A DNA stretch of 64,000 nucleotides from Obrimoposthia wandeli (Eukaryota), in assembly GCA_977020255.1 (NCBI GenBank), contig CDROCS010000122.1:186001-250000 (forward strand). The letters run 5' to 3'. The notes under the pieces were generated by a model. That model did no database searches and was not told where the DNA came from. It was given only the letters and a program-made list of their open reading frames with translations. The translations under genes were made by a program, and so were the position numbers. Below, piece after piece: positions 54,273 to 64,000 of this stretch (positions are counted from its first letter, which is position 1; each line of letters opens with the position of its first letter).

Positions 54273-54326
54273 ACTATAAACTAACGGTAATTTAATTACA
54301 ATCTTTTTCTTTAACTCTGTCACACT
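54273..54326 (-). promoter_or_regulatory. sigma70 promoter for vcdRP with adjacent CRP half-site
   Basis: TTGTAA-N17-TATAGT (54301-54273); TGTGA-CAGAGT-TAAAG just upstream. Confidence 0.7.
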
Positions 54327-54373
54327 TTTCGACAAAATCTCTTATGGATCACTTTATTCTGAAAGTTTATTAC

Positions 54374-54396
54374 AAAAAAAGACCTCTAAAGGTTAC
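54374..54396 (-). terminator. Minus-strand terminator upstream of the vcdRP promoter
   Basis: ACCT-TTAG-AGGT-C-TTTTTTT. Confidence 0.5.
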
Positions 54397-54731
54397 TGAT
54401 ACGCGACTAAAGTGTAATGCTAACGCTATTGCTTTGTTACCACTCACACGCACAATCCATACGCTCGGCACTCGATATCATTCTTGGTCTTACCGGATTA
54501 GCACTCAATGCTGCCATTAAAGCCGCTCGCGCTAAAGAACAAGGACGGAGGGGCCGTGGTCACAGTCTGAATACCTACACTTCACCTTTTAAGATTTAGC
54601 TACCTCACCCAATTGCACAATGATATGCTTGGGCCAACCATGATAGTTAATTCTGCTGTCATTTTGGCTATTTATCCATCAATAATACTGGATAATAACC
54701 TTAGCCCAAGATTGTATAAAGGGAGTCTGCT

Positions 54732-56192
54732 GTGTCTGAGATTAGTCAACTATCACCACAACCTGTGTGGCAATTTTTCGATCAAATCTGTTCTATTCCT
54801 CACCCATCAAAGCACGAAGAGCCATTGGCTCAACACATCATAAAATTCGCTGAAAGCGAAGGATTAGACGTTCGTCGTGATGATGTTGGCAATGTATTTA
54901 TCAAAAAGCCAGCAACACCTGGAATGGAAGACCGTAAAGGCGTTGTTCTGCAAGCACACATTGATATGGTGCCGCAGAAAAATGAAGATACTGACCATGA
55001 CTTCACGAAAGATCCCATTCAACCGTTTATTGATGGCGAATGGGTTACAGCAAAAGGAACAACCCTAGGTGCCGATAACGGTATGGGTATGGCTGTATGT
55101 CTTGCTGTTTTAGCAGCAAAAGACGTAGAACATGGTCCACTTGAAGTCTTACTGACTATCGACGAAGAAGCAGGCATGACGGGTGCTTTCGGTCTTCAAG
55201 AAGGCTGGCTTGAAGGCGACATCCTACTAAACACCGATTCTGAACAAGAAGGTGAAGTGTACATGGGTTGTGCTGGCGGCGTAGATACCGCAATCACGCT
55301 AGAACTTGAGCGCGAAGCTGTTCCAGCAGAACACGCTGCCGTTAAGCTAGTAGTGAAAGGCTTAAAAGGCGGTCACTCTGGATGTGATATTCACACAGGT
55401 CGTGGTAATGCCAACAAGCTATTGGGTCGCTTCTTGTTTGCTCATGCTCAAGAATTAGGCCTTCGCCTAACAACATTTACTGGTGGTAGCCTTCGTAATG
55501 CAATTCCTCGCGAAGCATTTGCTATCGCAACATTACCTGCAGCCAACGTTGACAAACTTAACGCGCTATTCTCTGATTACCACTCAATTTTGGTGGCGGA
55601 ACTCGGTAAAGTTGAAACAGATATCAACCTGTTCATTGAGCCTGCAGAGCAGCCTGCCGATGTACTAACAGTAGCAACACAGACCCGTTTTAATGCCGTT
55701 CTGAATGCTTGTCCTAATGGTGTTATCCGCATGAGTGATGACATCGAAGGTGTGGTTGAAACCTCATTAAACGTAGGTGTAATCACAACAGAATCTAGCA
55801 GTGTTACTATTCTGTGTCTGATACGTTCGTTGATGGATTCAGGTCGTAGCAACGTTGAAGGCATGTTGAAAGCCATTGCTGATCTAGCGGGCGCACAATG
55901 TGAATTCTCTGGTACATACCCAGGCTGGAAGCCTGATGCGGATTCTGAAGTGATGCATCTATTTCGTGAAACCTATAAGAATATCTACGGTAACACACCT
56001 AATATCATGGTTATTCACGCAGGTCTTGAGTGTGGTCTATTCAAAGAACCATACCCAACGATGGATATGATTTCTTTTGGACCAACCATTAAATTCCCTC
56101 ACTCACCTGATGAGAAAGTACAGATCGCAACTGTTGATCTATTCTGGGAGCAAATGGTTGCTATCTTGAAAAACATTCCAGTTAAGAAGTAA
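54732..56192 (+). CDS. pepD: Aminoacyl-histidine dipeptidase (GTG start)
   Basis: LQAHIDMV; TTLGADNG; TIDEEAG; IHAGLECG. Confidence 0.97.
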   Translation: MSEISQLSPQPVWQFFDQICSIPHPSKHEEPLAQHIIKFAESEGLDVRRDDVGNVFIKKPATPGMEDRKGVVLQAHIDMVPQKNEDTDHDFTKDPIQPFIDGEWVTAKGTTLGADNGMGMAVCLAVLAAKDVEHGPLEVLLTIDEEAGMTGAFGLQEGWLEGDILLNTDSEQEGEVYMGCAGGVDTAITLELEREAVPAEHAAVKLVVKGLKGGHSGCDIHTGRGNANKLLGRFLFAHAQELGLRLTTFTGGSLRNAIPREAFAIATLPAANVDKLNALFSDYHSILVAELGKVETDINLFIEPAEQPADVLTVATQTRFNAVLNACPNGVIRMSDDIEGVVETSLNVGVITTESSSVTILCLIRSLMDSGRSNVEGMLKAIADLAGAQCEFSGTYPGWKPDADSEVMHLFRETYKNIYGNTPNIMVIHAGLECGLFKEPYPTMDMISFGPTIKFPHSPDEKVQIATVDLFWEQMVAILKNIPVKK

Positions 56193-56245
56193 TACTATTC
56201 TGGATAAGGTGATTATCTAGATTGGAATAAAATAGTGGTATTCCA

Positions 56246-56275
56246 AAGACGAGATTTCACGATCTCGTCTTTTCT
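56246..56275. terminator. Bidirectional terminator pepD/dinB
   Basis: AAAGACGAGAT-TTCACG-ATCTCGTCTTT. Confidence 0.85.
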
Positions 56276-56333
56276 CTTTCTGCACACCGACAAATAAATA
56301 TTCTACTTTGTGCGTATAATGTTTATTTGCGAC

Positions 56334-57428
56334 TTACCATTCAAACGCTAATTGCTGCGCTTTCATCCCATGATCAAGCCCTACACTGATCCCTATCAAA
56401 CGAATTTCTCTCCCCTTTTGACGAGTCAGTGCTTCTTTGAGTAATCCGACAAACTGTGTTTTATCTAATACGCCTAAGGTATGTTCAACCGTTGTTTGTT
56501 GAAAATCGGCAAACTTAACTTTAACGCCCTGTTTCGATATATTCAGTGCCGGACGCTCTTTCTTCAATCTTCGTTCAAGTTCAGGATATAGCTTTTCAAT
56601 AACTTGCCAGCATTCTTCATATTCACGAATATTATGTGAAAACGTTCTTTCTACTCCCACAGATTTACGTAAACGTTCAACAACGACTTCTCGATTATCG
56701 ATACCCTGTGCTCGCGACCACAAAGATTGCCCTAATTTTCCGAACTGCTGCAATAGTAAATGTTGATCATAAGCCTGTACGTCACGCCCGACGAATAATC
56801 CTTTTTCGTGCAGCTTTTGAATGGTGACCTTCCCTACCCCAGGGATTTTTTCTAACTTTAGGTTAGCGACAAAATCGGCCACTTCATTAGGTGTTACAAC
56901 ATATTGACCGTTGGGCTTGTTTAAATCTGACGCCACTTTAGCAATAAATTTTACTGGTGCAATCCCCGCAGATGCCGTCAAATTCAGTTCATCTTGAATC
57001 GCGCGCCGAATATCTTGCGCAATGAGTGTTGCTGAGCCGTAAAACATCTCGCATTCGGTCACGTCTAAATAGGCTTCATCTAATGATAATGGCTCAATTT
57101 TATCGGTATAACGTTGAAAGATAGCGCGAATATGCTGCGATACTTCCTTATATACCGACATACGCCCCGGAACGAGAGTAAGGTGAGGACAGAGCTTCAT
57201 GGCTTGTCCCGAAGGCATAGCAGAGTGTACACCGTATTTACGCGCCAAGTAATTACATGTACTGATCACACCGCGTTGTTCTGAGCGACCACCAATCGCA
57301 ATAGGAATATTTTGTAACTCAGGGTTGTCTCGCATCTCAACAGCCGCGTAAAAACAATCCATATCAACGTGGATTATTTTTCTATTGGATAACGCTGTAC
57401 CCCGAGGGTCGGGCTGATGATCTGACAC
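56334..57428 (-). CDS. dinB: DNA polymerase IV
   Basis: [12 protein letters not shown]; [12 protein letters not shown]; SLDEAYLD. Confidence 0.97.
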   Translation of the reverse strand: MSDHQPDPRGTALSNRKIIHVDMDCFYAAVEMRDNPELQNIPIAIGGRSEQRGVISTCNYLARKYGVHSAMPSGQAMKLCPHLTLVPGRMSVYKEVSQHIRAIFQRYTDKIEPLSLDEAYLDVTECEMFYGSATLIAQDIRRAIQDELNLTASAGIAPVKFIAKVASDLNKPNGQYVVTPNEVADFVANLKLEKIPGVGKVTIQKLHEKGLFVGRDVQAYDQHLLLQQFGKLGQSLWSRAQGIDNREVVVERLRKSVGVERTFSHNIREYEECWQVIEKLYPELERRLKKERPALNISKQGVKVKFADFQQTTVEHTLGVLDKTQFVGLLKEALTRQKGREIRLIGISVGLDHGMKAQQLAFEW

Positions 57429-57461
57429 GCTGAATAATTTCCTTGCTAGCCTGTTACTTAA

Positions 57462-57507
57462 CTGTATACATACACACTGTTTTTATAAATACTGTTTTTA
57501 TAAACAC
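57462..57507. promoter_or_regulatory. Three overlapping LexA (SOS)-like boxes
   Basis: CTGT-N8-ACAC, CTGT-N8-ATAC, CTGT-N8-ACAC at 15-bp period. Confidence 0.6.
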
Positions 57508-57581
57508 TATAATTATAGCCTGTAATCAAAACGGATAGAATTCATTATTGGCAATAAACAAAACGCTTGCCGAATAAATGC

Positions 57582-57614
57582 AAAAAAGCCAGTTAGGTTG
57601 GCTAACTGGCTTTT
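57582..57614. terminator. Terminator after nqrM
   Basis: AAAAGCCAGTTAG-GTTGG-CTAACTGGCTTTT. Confidence 0.85.
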
Positions 57615-57643
57615 CAAATATCACTGATTAATACAAAAGCAGA

Positions 57644-57865
57644 TTAAATTATCTGATTTTTCTTCCAATCAGCATGACGCTCTTCTCGTGCTTCACGCTT
57701 TTTACGCGCATCACAAGGTTCAGGACAATCACACTCTTTTGCAATACCGATACCATCAAGCCCACCACAACTACCGCTAACGCTTTTACGCTGAAAGATG
57801 TAACCAACAGCCATCGCTGCGATAACCAGTAAAAACACTGCGAAGGTTGTTAAAAATACAGTCAT
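57644..57865 (-). CDS. nqrM: Na+-NQR maturation factor NqrM
   Basis: MAVGYIF; GSCGG; CDCPEPC. Confidence 0.92.
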   Translation of the reverse strand: MTVFLTTFAVFLLVIAAMAVGYIFQRKSVSGSCGGLDGIGIAKECDCPEPCDARKKREAREERHADWKKNQII

Positions 57866-57874
57866 AATTACTCT

Positions 57875-58897
57875 CTACTTTTTCTTCAAATAAGGAACAA
57901 AATCATCAGATAGATACTCTTTGAAGCCATTTTCCGTCTTTATTACTAATAAAACCGGTAAATTTTCTTCGTTAGCGAGTTTTATCGACTCTTCTTCACC
58001 CATAACAGAAAATGCAGTCGCATAAGCATCGGCTGTCATACTTGATGGGTGAAGCACTGTAACGGATACCACATGGTTAGCAATCGGTTTGCCTGTTTTC
58101 GGGTTAATCAGGTGCGAATAACGAATGCCACCTTCTTCAAAATAGTTACGATAATCGCCTGATGTCGCCACGGCCATATCACCTGGTTCAATAATTTCTT
58201 GTACTGAACGGCTACCATCTTCCGTTGGTTTTTCTACTGCAATACGCCAAGGTATACCTTCAAGGTTGTTACCTTTAAGGCTAAGTTCACCACCGACTTC
58301 AACCAAGTAATCGTGCACACCTAACTCATCAAAATAGTCAGCAACAACATCTACACCAAAGCCTTTTGCGATCGAAGACAGATCAACATACAGATCTGGA
58401 ATATCTTTTATTAGCTTATTACCATCAACCTTTAGGTGGTGATAACCAATAATTTCACGACGCTTATTTAACTCTTCATCTGTTGGTGTTGCTTCTGGGC
58501 GAGCTTCAGGACCAAAGCTCCACAAGTTAACAATCGGACCAACAGTAACATCATAAGCACCGTTCGTTAATTCAGATAAACGTAATGATTCTTTCACAAC
58601 TTTTGCCGTATCAGCAGATACCGCAAAAGGTTCATTCGTTGTGTGTTGGTTAAATTGGCTGAGCTCGGAATGCTTACGATAAGTCGACATCTGATCGTTC
58701 ACTAATTCTAGACGGCGATCAATTTCTGCTTGAATATCCGTTGCCGCGGGTAAGCCTTCCTGCTTAATCAACTTAATTGAATAGTAAGTACCCATCGTTG
58801 AGCCGTTTAAATGAATCAACTCACGCTGATCGCCACAACCCACCAGTGTTATTGTCATAACAAGCAGCATTACTGCTCGAGTAAAGAACGTCTTCAT
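57875..58897 (-). CDS. apbE: FAD:protein FMN transferase ApbE
   Basis: Lipobox LVGC; DLSSIAKG; ATSGDYRN; ADAYATA. Confidence 0.95.
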   Translation of the reverse strand: MKTFFTRAVMLLVMTITLVGCGDQRELIHLNGSTMGTYYSIKLIKQEGLPAATDIQAEIDRRLELVNDQMSTYRKHSELSQFNQHTTNEPFAVSADTAKVVKESLRLSELTNGAYDVTVGPIVNLWSFGPEARPEATPTDEELNKRREIIGYHHLKVDGNKLIKDIPDLYVDLSSIAKGFGVDVVADYFDELGVHDYLVEVGGELSLKGNNLEGIPWRIAVEKPTEDGSRSVQEIIEPGDMAVATSGDYRNYFEEGGIRYSHLINPKTGKPIANHVVSVTVLHPSSMTADAYATAFSVMGEEESIKLANEENLPVLLVIKTENGFKEYLSDDFVPYLKKK

Positions 58898-59035
58898 TCA
58901 ACAACTCCAAAAATGAAGGGATTACTTATGCTTACCAATATTAACAACGCTTACTCTTACAACATATGCGAAGGCGAGATCGTTAATATGAATAACCATA
59001 GTAAAAATATGCTTATTTTAAATGCTTATATTACG

Positions 59036-59069
59036 AAAATGGCTGACCCTTAACGGATCAGCCATTTTA
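59036..59069 (-). terminator. Terminator after nqrF
   Basis: AAAATGGCTGA ... TCAGCCATTTT. Confidence 0.75.
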
Positions 59070-59088
59070 ACTATGTGTTCATGGCTAA

Positions 59089-60312
59089 TTAGCCACCGAA
59101 GTCATCCAGTAGGATGTTTTCATCTTCAACACCTAGATCTTTCAGCATGCCGATAACAGCTGCGTTCATCATAGGTGGACCACACATGTAGTACTCACAA
59201 TCTTCTGGTGCATCGTGATCTTTCAAGTAGTTATCGTAAATCACGTTGTGGATGAAGCCTGTGTAACCATCCCAGTTTTCTTCTGGAGATGGATCAGACA
59301 ATGCAACATGCCAATCAAAGTTTTCGTTCTCAGCAGCTAGCTTATCGAAATCTTCTACGTAGAACATTTCGCGCTTAGAACGTGCACCGTACCAGTAAGT
59401 CATCTTACGAGTAGACTGAAGACGGTGTAACTGATCGAAGATATGTGAACGCATTGGCGCCATACCAGCACCACCACCGATGAAGACCATTTCATTATCA
59501 GTCTCTTTAGCGAAGAACTCACCAAATGGACCAGAAATAGTACAGCTATCACCTTCTTTAAGTGACCAAATATACGATGACATAATACCAGGTGCTACGT
59601 CAGGGTTATTGGGTGGCGGTGTTGCGATACGTACATTCAACTTAATCAAACCTTTCTCTTCTGGGTATGAAGCCATAGAGTAAGCTCGGATTGAATGCTC
59701 TTTCACGATAGATTCGTAGCGGAATAAGTTAAACTTATCCCAGTCGCCACGGTATTCTTCCGGCACATCGAAATCAGCGTATTTAATGTGATGCGGTTCA
59801 GCTTCAATCTGAATGTAACCACCCGCACGGAAAGGAACTTCCTCGCCATCAGGGATTTTAAGCACAAGTTCTTTGATGAACGTAGCTTCGTTGTCATTCG
59901 AAAGAACTTCACATTCCCACTTCTTCACACCGAAGATTTCTTCAGGAAGCTCAATGTTCATGTCAGATTTAACGTTAACCTGACAAGCAAGACGCTCGCC
60001 TTCACGTGCTTCGCCTTTTGTGATGTGATCAAGTTCGGTCGGTAGAATATCACCACCACCCGATTTGATTTTTACACGACACTGACCACAAGAGCCACCG
60101 CCGCCACATGCAGACGAAACGAAGATACCGCTAGAAGAAAGAGCAGTTAGCAGTTTACCACCGGCAGCGGTTGTAATCGCTTTTTCCGGATCGTTGTTTA
60201 CAGAGATAGTAATATCACCTGATGGTACCAGCTTAGATTTAGCGAAAAGAATCACTAAAACTAGAGCCAGGATAATCAAGGTAAACATCACTACGCCAAG
60301 AATAATATCCAT
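59089..60312 (-). CDS. nqrF: Na+-NQR subunit F
   Basis: [10 protein letters not shown] 2Fe-2S; RAYSMAS; GGGAGMAP; CGPP. Confidence 0.98.
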   Translation of the reverse strand: MDIILGVVMFTLIILALVLVILFAKSKLVPSGDITISVNNDPEKAITTAAGGKLLTALSSSGIFVSSACGGGGSCGQCRVKIKSGGGDILPTELDHITKGEAREGERLACQVNVKSDMNIELPEEIFGVKKWECEVLSNDNEATFIKELVLKIPDGEEVPFRAGGYIQIEAEPHHIKYADFDVPEEYRGDWDKFNLFRYESIVKEHSIRAYSMASYPEEKGLIKLNVRIATPPPNNPDVAPGIMSSYIWSLKEGDSCTISGPFGEFFAKETDNEMVFIGGGAGMAPMRSHIFDQLHRLQSTRKMTYWYGARSKREMFYVEDFDKLAAENENFDWHVALSDPSPEENWDGYTGFIHNVIYDNYLKDHDAPEDCEYYMCGPPMMNAAVIGMLKDLGVEDENILLDDFGG

Positions 60313-60335
60313 TGACTATTTTCCTTTTATCCTGA

Positions 60336-60932
60336 TTACAGCTGTACGCCGGAGAAAGACATAAAGCCTAACGCCATTAGACCAACGGTGATGAATGTAA
60401 TACCTAGGCCACGTAGACCAGGAGGTACATCTGAATACTTCATCTTCTCACGGATACCCGCAAGAGCAACGATAGCGAGCATCCAACCCACACCAGAACC
60501 GAAACCGTAAACAACCGATTCAGCAAAGCTGTAGTCACGCTGTACCATGAAAGATACACCACCGAAGATTGCACAGTTAACTGTGATCAGCGGAAGGAAG
60601 ATACCCAATGCGTTATATAGCGGCGGGAAGAAGCGGTCCAGAATCATTTCCAGAATCTGTACTAACGCTGCAATTACACCGATAAACGTGATGAAGTTAA
60701 GGAACGTTAAATCCACTCCATCAACAATCGCACCATCTTTCAGTAATAGGTTGTAAACTAAGTTGTTCACAGGTACTGCAATAGTCAATACGACGATTAC
60801 CGCAACACCTAGACCAAAAGAAGTCTTAACTTTCTTCGATACAGCCAGGAATGTACACATACCCAAGAAGAACGAAAGTGCCATGTTCTCGATAAAAATC
60901 GAACGAACTAAAAGGCTTAGATAATGTTCCAT
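60336..60932 (-). CDS. nqrE: Na+-NQR subunit E
   Basis: FFLGMCTF; ITVNCAI. Confidence 0.98.
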   Translation of the reverse strand: MEHYLSLLVRSIFIENMALSFFLGMCTFLAVSKKVKTSFGLGVAVIVVLTIAVPVNNLVYNLLLKDGAIVDGVDLTFLNFITFIGVIAALVQILEMILDRFFPPLYNALGIFLPLITVNCAIFGGVSFMVQRDYSFAESVVYGFGSGVGWMLAIVALAGIREKMKYSDVPPGLRGLGITFITVGLMALGFMSFSGVQL

Positions 60933-60939
60933 GTTGCCC

Positions 60940-61572
60940 TTACTCCTTCGCTTCTACTTGTGCTGGACGAATAATACGAATTGCCCAGATCATGAAACCA
61001 ATTAGGAAGAAAGCAGACGGTGCAAGCAACATCAGGCCGTTTGGTTGATACCAACCGCCATCAGAAACTAGAGGTAAAACCTCAACACCAAACAACTTGC
61101 CTGAACCTAATAATTCACGGAAGAAAGCAACAGTGATAAGTACGAAACCGTAGCCTAAGCCATTACCAATACCATCGATAAAAGACGGTAATGGTGCCGA
61201 TTTCATTGCGTATGCTTCAGCACGACCCATTACGATACAGTTCGTAATGATCAGGCCAACAAATACAGAAAGCTGCTTAGAAATATCGTAAACAAACGCT
61301 TTAAGTACTTGGTCAACCACGATGACCAATGACGCGATAATCGCCATCTGAACAATGATACGCACACTGTTAGGAATATGGTTACGTATTAGCGACACAA
61401 ATAAGTTAGAAAATGCAGTAACAAACATTACCGCTAGCGTCATAACAAACGCTGTTTCTAATTTAGTTGTTACTGCCAATGCAGAACATACACCAAGAAC
61501 CTGAAGCGCAATCGGGTTGTTATCCAGAAACGGCGCAAACAGAATCTTTTTCATTTCTTTAGTATCAGCCAT
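60940..61572 (-). CDS. nqrD: Na+-NQR subunit D
   Basis: [11 protein letters not shown]; [11 protein letters not shown]. Confidence 0.98.
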   Translation of the reverse strand: MADTKEMKKILFAPFLDNNPIALQVLGVCSALAVTTKLETAFVMTLAVMFVTAFSNLFVSLIRNHIPNSVRIIVQMAIIASLVIVVDQVLKAFVYDISKQLSVFVGLIITNCIVMGRAEAYAMKSAPLPSFIDGIGNGLGYGFVLITVAFFRELLGSGKLFGVEVLPLVSDGGWYQPNGLMLLAPSAFFLIGFMIWAIRIIRPAQVEAKE

Positions 61573-62359
61573 TGTTTAGGCCTCCCTCACGAACCTTAGT
61601 TAGAAACGGACCAAAGCCCATGTCACCTAACCAGAAGTCGAAGGTGTGTTGTACACCATTACCAGTTAAAGTTGCACCAGAGAGACCATCTACACCGTAT
61701 AGATCGCCAGCAGGAGCGCCGCCTTTAACAATACGAATTGCTGGTTTGTTATCGTCGTTAAACAACTTCTTACCAACAAACTGAGCACGCCAGTTAGGGT
61801 TCTCAACTTCACCACCTAGCCCAGGAGTTTCACCCTGATCGTAGTAAGTGATACCCGCAACCGTGTTGCCATCAGTTTCAACAGCAATAAATGCGTACAT
61901 CATTGACCAAAGACCAGTACCGTGAACCGGCAGAATCAATTTTTCAATGTTGTTGTTAGCATCTTTAACCAAGTAAACCGTTGCGAGATCGGCACGACGA
62001 ATAATTTTCGCCAAGTCTTGACCGCCAGACAGCTTAATTGATTGTGCTGGATCTTTTGCAGCAGTACGTTGCTTATACTGAGCAGGCGTTTGCCCTGCTT
62101 CAGATTGCTCAACGAAGCTACCAGTTTTAAGATCAACAAGCTTAGGCTCGATAAACTGAGCGTAAGACTCTTTGATGTTCGTCGAATCATCCAGTAGGCC
62201 AGCTACTGAAAGGATATTTCGCTGAACGTCAAGCACTGCATTTTCTTGTTGAAGAGGACGCAGAACAACCGCAGCAGTTGATACTACGATTGAGCAAACA
62301 AGGCTCAATGCAACAACAACAATCAGCGTTTTTTTAATGCTATCATTATTACTTGACAT
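61565..62359 (-). CDS. nqrC: Na+-NQR subunit C
   Basis: GETPGLGGE; [12 protein letters not shown] motif. Confidence 0.98.
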   Translation of the reverse strand: MSSNNDSIKKTLIVVVALSLVCSIVVSTAAVVLRPLQQENAVLDVQRNILSVAGLLDDSTNIKESYAQFIEPKLVDLKTGSFVEQSEAGQTPAQYKQRTAAKDPAQSIKLSGGQDLAKIIRRADLATVYLVKDANNNIEKLILPVHGTGLWSMMYAFIAVETDGNTVAGITYYDQGETPGLGGEVENPNWRAQFVGKKLFNDDNKPAIRIVKGGAPAGDLYGVDGLSGATLTGNGVQHTFDFWLGDMGFGPFLTKVREGGLNNG

Positions 62360-63593
62360 GACGTGCTAGCCTCCGTTTGATATTGCCCTGAACTACTAGG
62401 TTGTCAAATAGAGGTGCGAATAGGTTAGCGAATAGAATCGCTAGCATCATACCTTCTGGGTACGCTGGGTTAACCACACGAACCATCACAGCCATAGCAC
62501 CGATCAATGCGCCGTACCACCACTTACCTTTATTGGTAAATGCCGCAGACACAGGATCTGTCGCCATGAACATCATACCGAATGCAAAACCACCTAGAAC
62601 TAGGTGCCAGTGCCAAGGCATGCTGAACAGTGCATTAGTATCAGAACCAATGATGTTAAACAGAGTTGCTGTCGCAATCATACCAATCATAGTACCTGCG
62701 ATGATGCGCCATGAAGCAATGCCCATGTACACAATCATTGCACCACCAAGGATGATAGCTAGCGTAGAAACTTCACCGATTGAACCAGGAATACGACCAA
62801 TGAAAGCGTCCATCCACGTAATCGCGTCGCCAGTAACAACGTTGATTAGTTTTGCGTCACCACCTTGAGCCCACTGGCTTAGTGCCGTAGCACCAGTAAA
62901 GCCGTCAGCTGCTGTCCATACTGCATCACCAGAAATTTGCGCTGGGTATGCGAAGAATAGGAAAGCACGACCTGCAAGTGCAGGGTTAAGGAAGTTACGA
63001 CCAGTTCCACCAAAGATTTCTTTAGCAACAACAACACCGAAGGTAATACCTAGAGCTGCTTGCCAAAGTGGTAGCGTAGCTGGAACGATAAGGGCGAAAA
63101 GAATAGAAGTAACAAAGAAACCTTCGTTAACTTCATGCTTACGCACCATACAGAAAAGTACTTCCCAGAAACCACCCACAGCAAATACTACTGCATAGAT
63201 AGGTAAGAAATACGTCGCACCCAGTAGCATTTTACTGCCCCAGCCAGCATCTGCTGACATGGCGCCACCAAGCATATCTGTTAACCAGTAATGCCAATCA
63301 CCAGCGATGATCGAAACTAGCTGATCGCCTGCATACATGTGGTTCAGTGCAACGATAGCTTGATCACCAACGTTGTACATACCCCAGAACATAGCTGGGA
63401 AAACCGCAAACCACACCATGATCATGATACGTTTTAGATCAACGCTATCACGCACATGTGAACCAGAGCGAGTCACTGTACCTGGTGTATACATAAGAGT
63501 TGCAAACGCTTCATACAGCGCAAACCATCTCTCGTGTTTACCACCTGGTTCAAAGTGATGTTCAACTTGCTCGAGTAAATTCTTGAGACCCAT
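62349..63593 (-). CDS. nqrB: Na+-NQR subunit B
   Basis: KEIFGGTG; DGFTGAT FMN motif; FMATDPVS. Confidence 0.98.
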   Translation of the reverse strand: MGLKNLLEQVEHHFEPGGKHERWFALYEAFATLMYTPGTVTRSGSHVRDSVDLKRIMIMVWFAVFPAMFWGMYNVGDQAIVALNHMYAGDQLVSIIAGDWHYWLTDMLGGAMSADAGWGSKMLLGATYFLPIYAVVFAVGGFWEVLFCMVRKHEVNEGFFVTSILFALIVPATLPLWQAALGITFGVVVAKEIFGGTGRNFLNPALAGRAFLFFAYPAQISGDAVWTAADGFTGATALSQWAQGGDAKLINVVTGDAITWMDAFIGRIPGSIGEVSTLAIILGGAMIVYMGIASWRIIAGTMIGMIATATLFNIIGSDTNALFSMPWHWHLVLGGFAFGMMFMATDPVSAAFTNKGKWWYGALIGAMAVMVRVVNPAYPEGMMLAILFANLFAPLFDNLVVQGNIKRRLARHVK

Positions 63594-63596
63594 GAA

Positions 63597-64000
63597 TTAC
63601 CCTTCCTTCTCAATTTTGTCCAGGCACTCACGTAACAGTGGACCAAACTCATACTTACCTGGGCATACAAATGTACATAGAGCTAGATCTTCTTCATCCA
63701 GTTCTAACGCACCCAGTAATTGTGCACTATCGCTATCACCAGCACACAAATCACGAAGAAGTAGTGTTGGTTCAACATCCAGAGGCATGACTTTTTCATA
63801 GCTGCCAATTGGCACCATGGCGCGATCACTACCATTGGTCGACGTTGTCATATTAAACAACTGACCAGGGAAGAATTGGCTTAGGAAAGAACGTGTAACA
63901 GAAAACTTGTTTTTACCTGGAACAATCCAGCCTAAGAATTCTTTTTCATAGCCTTCACGCAGCGCAGATACCTGTAAATGGTAACGACCAAGGTACCCAT
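63597..64000 (-). CDS. nqrA: Na+-NQR subunit A, C-terminal part (runs off window)
   Basis: Frame open to window edge ([16 protein letters not shown]...); [20 protein letters not shown]. Confidence 0.96.
   Translation of the reverse strand, partial: GYLGRYHLQVSALREGYEKEFLGWIVPGKNKFSVTRSFLSQFFPGQLFNMTTSTNGSDRAMVPIGSYEKVMPLDVEPTLLLRDLCAGDSDSAQLLGALELDEEDLALCTFVCPGKYEFGPLLRECLDKIEKEG

Noticed and set aside
53462-54300. Purine, TPP, lysine, glycine or c-di-GMP riboswitch upstream of the NCS2 permease
   Set aside because: No consensus cores found; the region is better explained by a PurR box and VcdRP
54498-54506. CIRCE-like TTAGCACTC
   Set aside because: Only a half site; no GAGTGCTAA partner 9 bp away
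54417-54599. 60-aa plus-strand ORF as a type I toxin
   Set aside because: No RBS and no recognised family; cannot be supported, region kept only as an ncRNA candidate

Overview
Core-chromosome window from a Vibrionaceae bacterium, probably Photobacterium (inferred from gene content and order, not verified). Left to right: the polar-flagellum region (flgH partial, flgGFEDCB, cheR-cheV, flgAMN, flgPO, flgT) with readable sigma54/sigma28 promoters; tRNA-Arg(CCU), tRNA-Ala(GGC) and gltX; a tandemly duplicated porin cassette; ligA-zipA, cysZ-cysK, ptsHI-crr and a Dyp peroxidase; napFDABC with narQP; dapE; a ToxR/CadC-type membrane regulator plus lipoprotein; an intact IS4-family element; proBA, crl, frsA, gpt and an NCS2 permease; a VcdRP-like dual RNA; pepD, dinB, nqrM-apbE and nqrA(partial)-F. 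The best candidate for an undescribed system is at 13.9-18.3 kb. A unit of [CRP-type promoter region - 5' leader hairpin with an invariant CGGCGGCCAAC loop on sequence-divergent, compensatory stems - E. coli ChiP/OprD-type porin - terminator - CRP-like site over the RBS - tiny Sec-exported two-cysteine peptide - terminator] occurs twice. Also notable: three CsrA-type GGA hairpins in the vcdRP leader, an unexplained structured segment upstream of it, an IS4 that split the proBA terminator while supplying its own, and a perfect Fur box in front of an unknown 67-aa membrane protein. No database search or folding program was run; family names come from recognising sequences and all RNA pairings were derived by hand.
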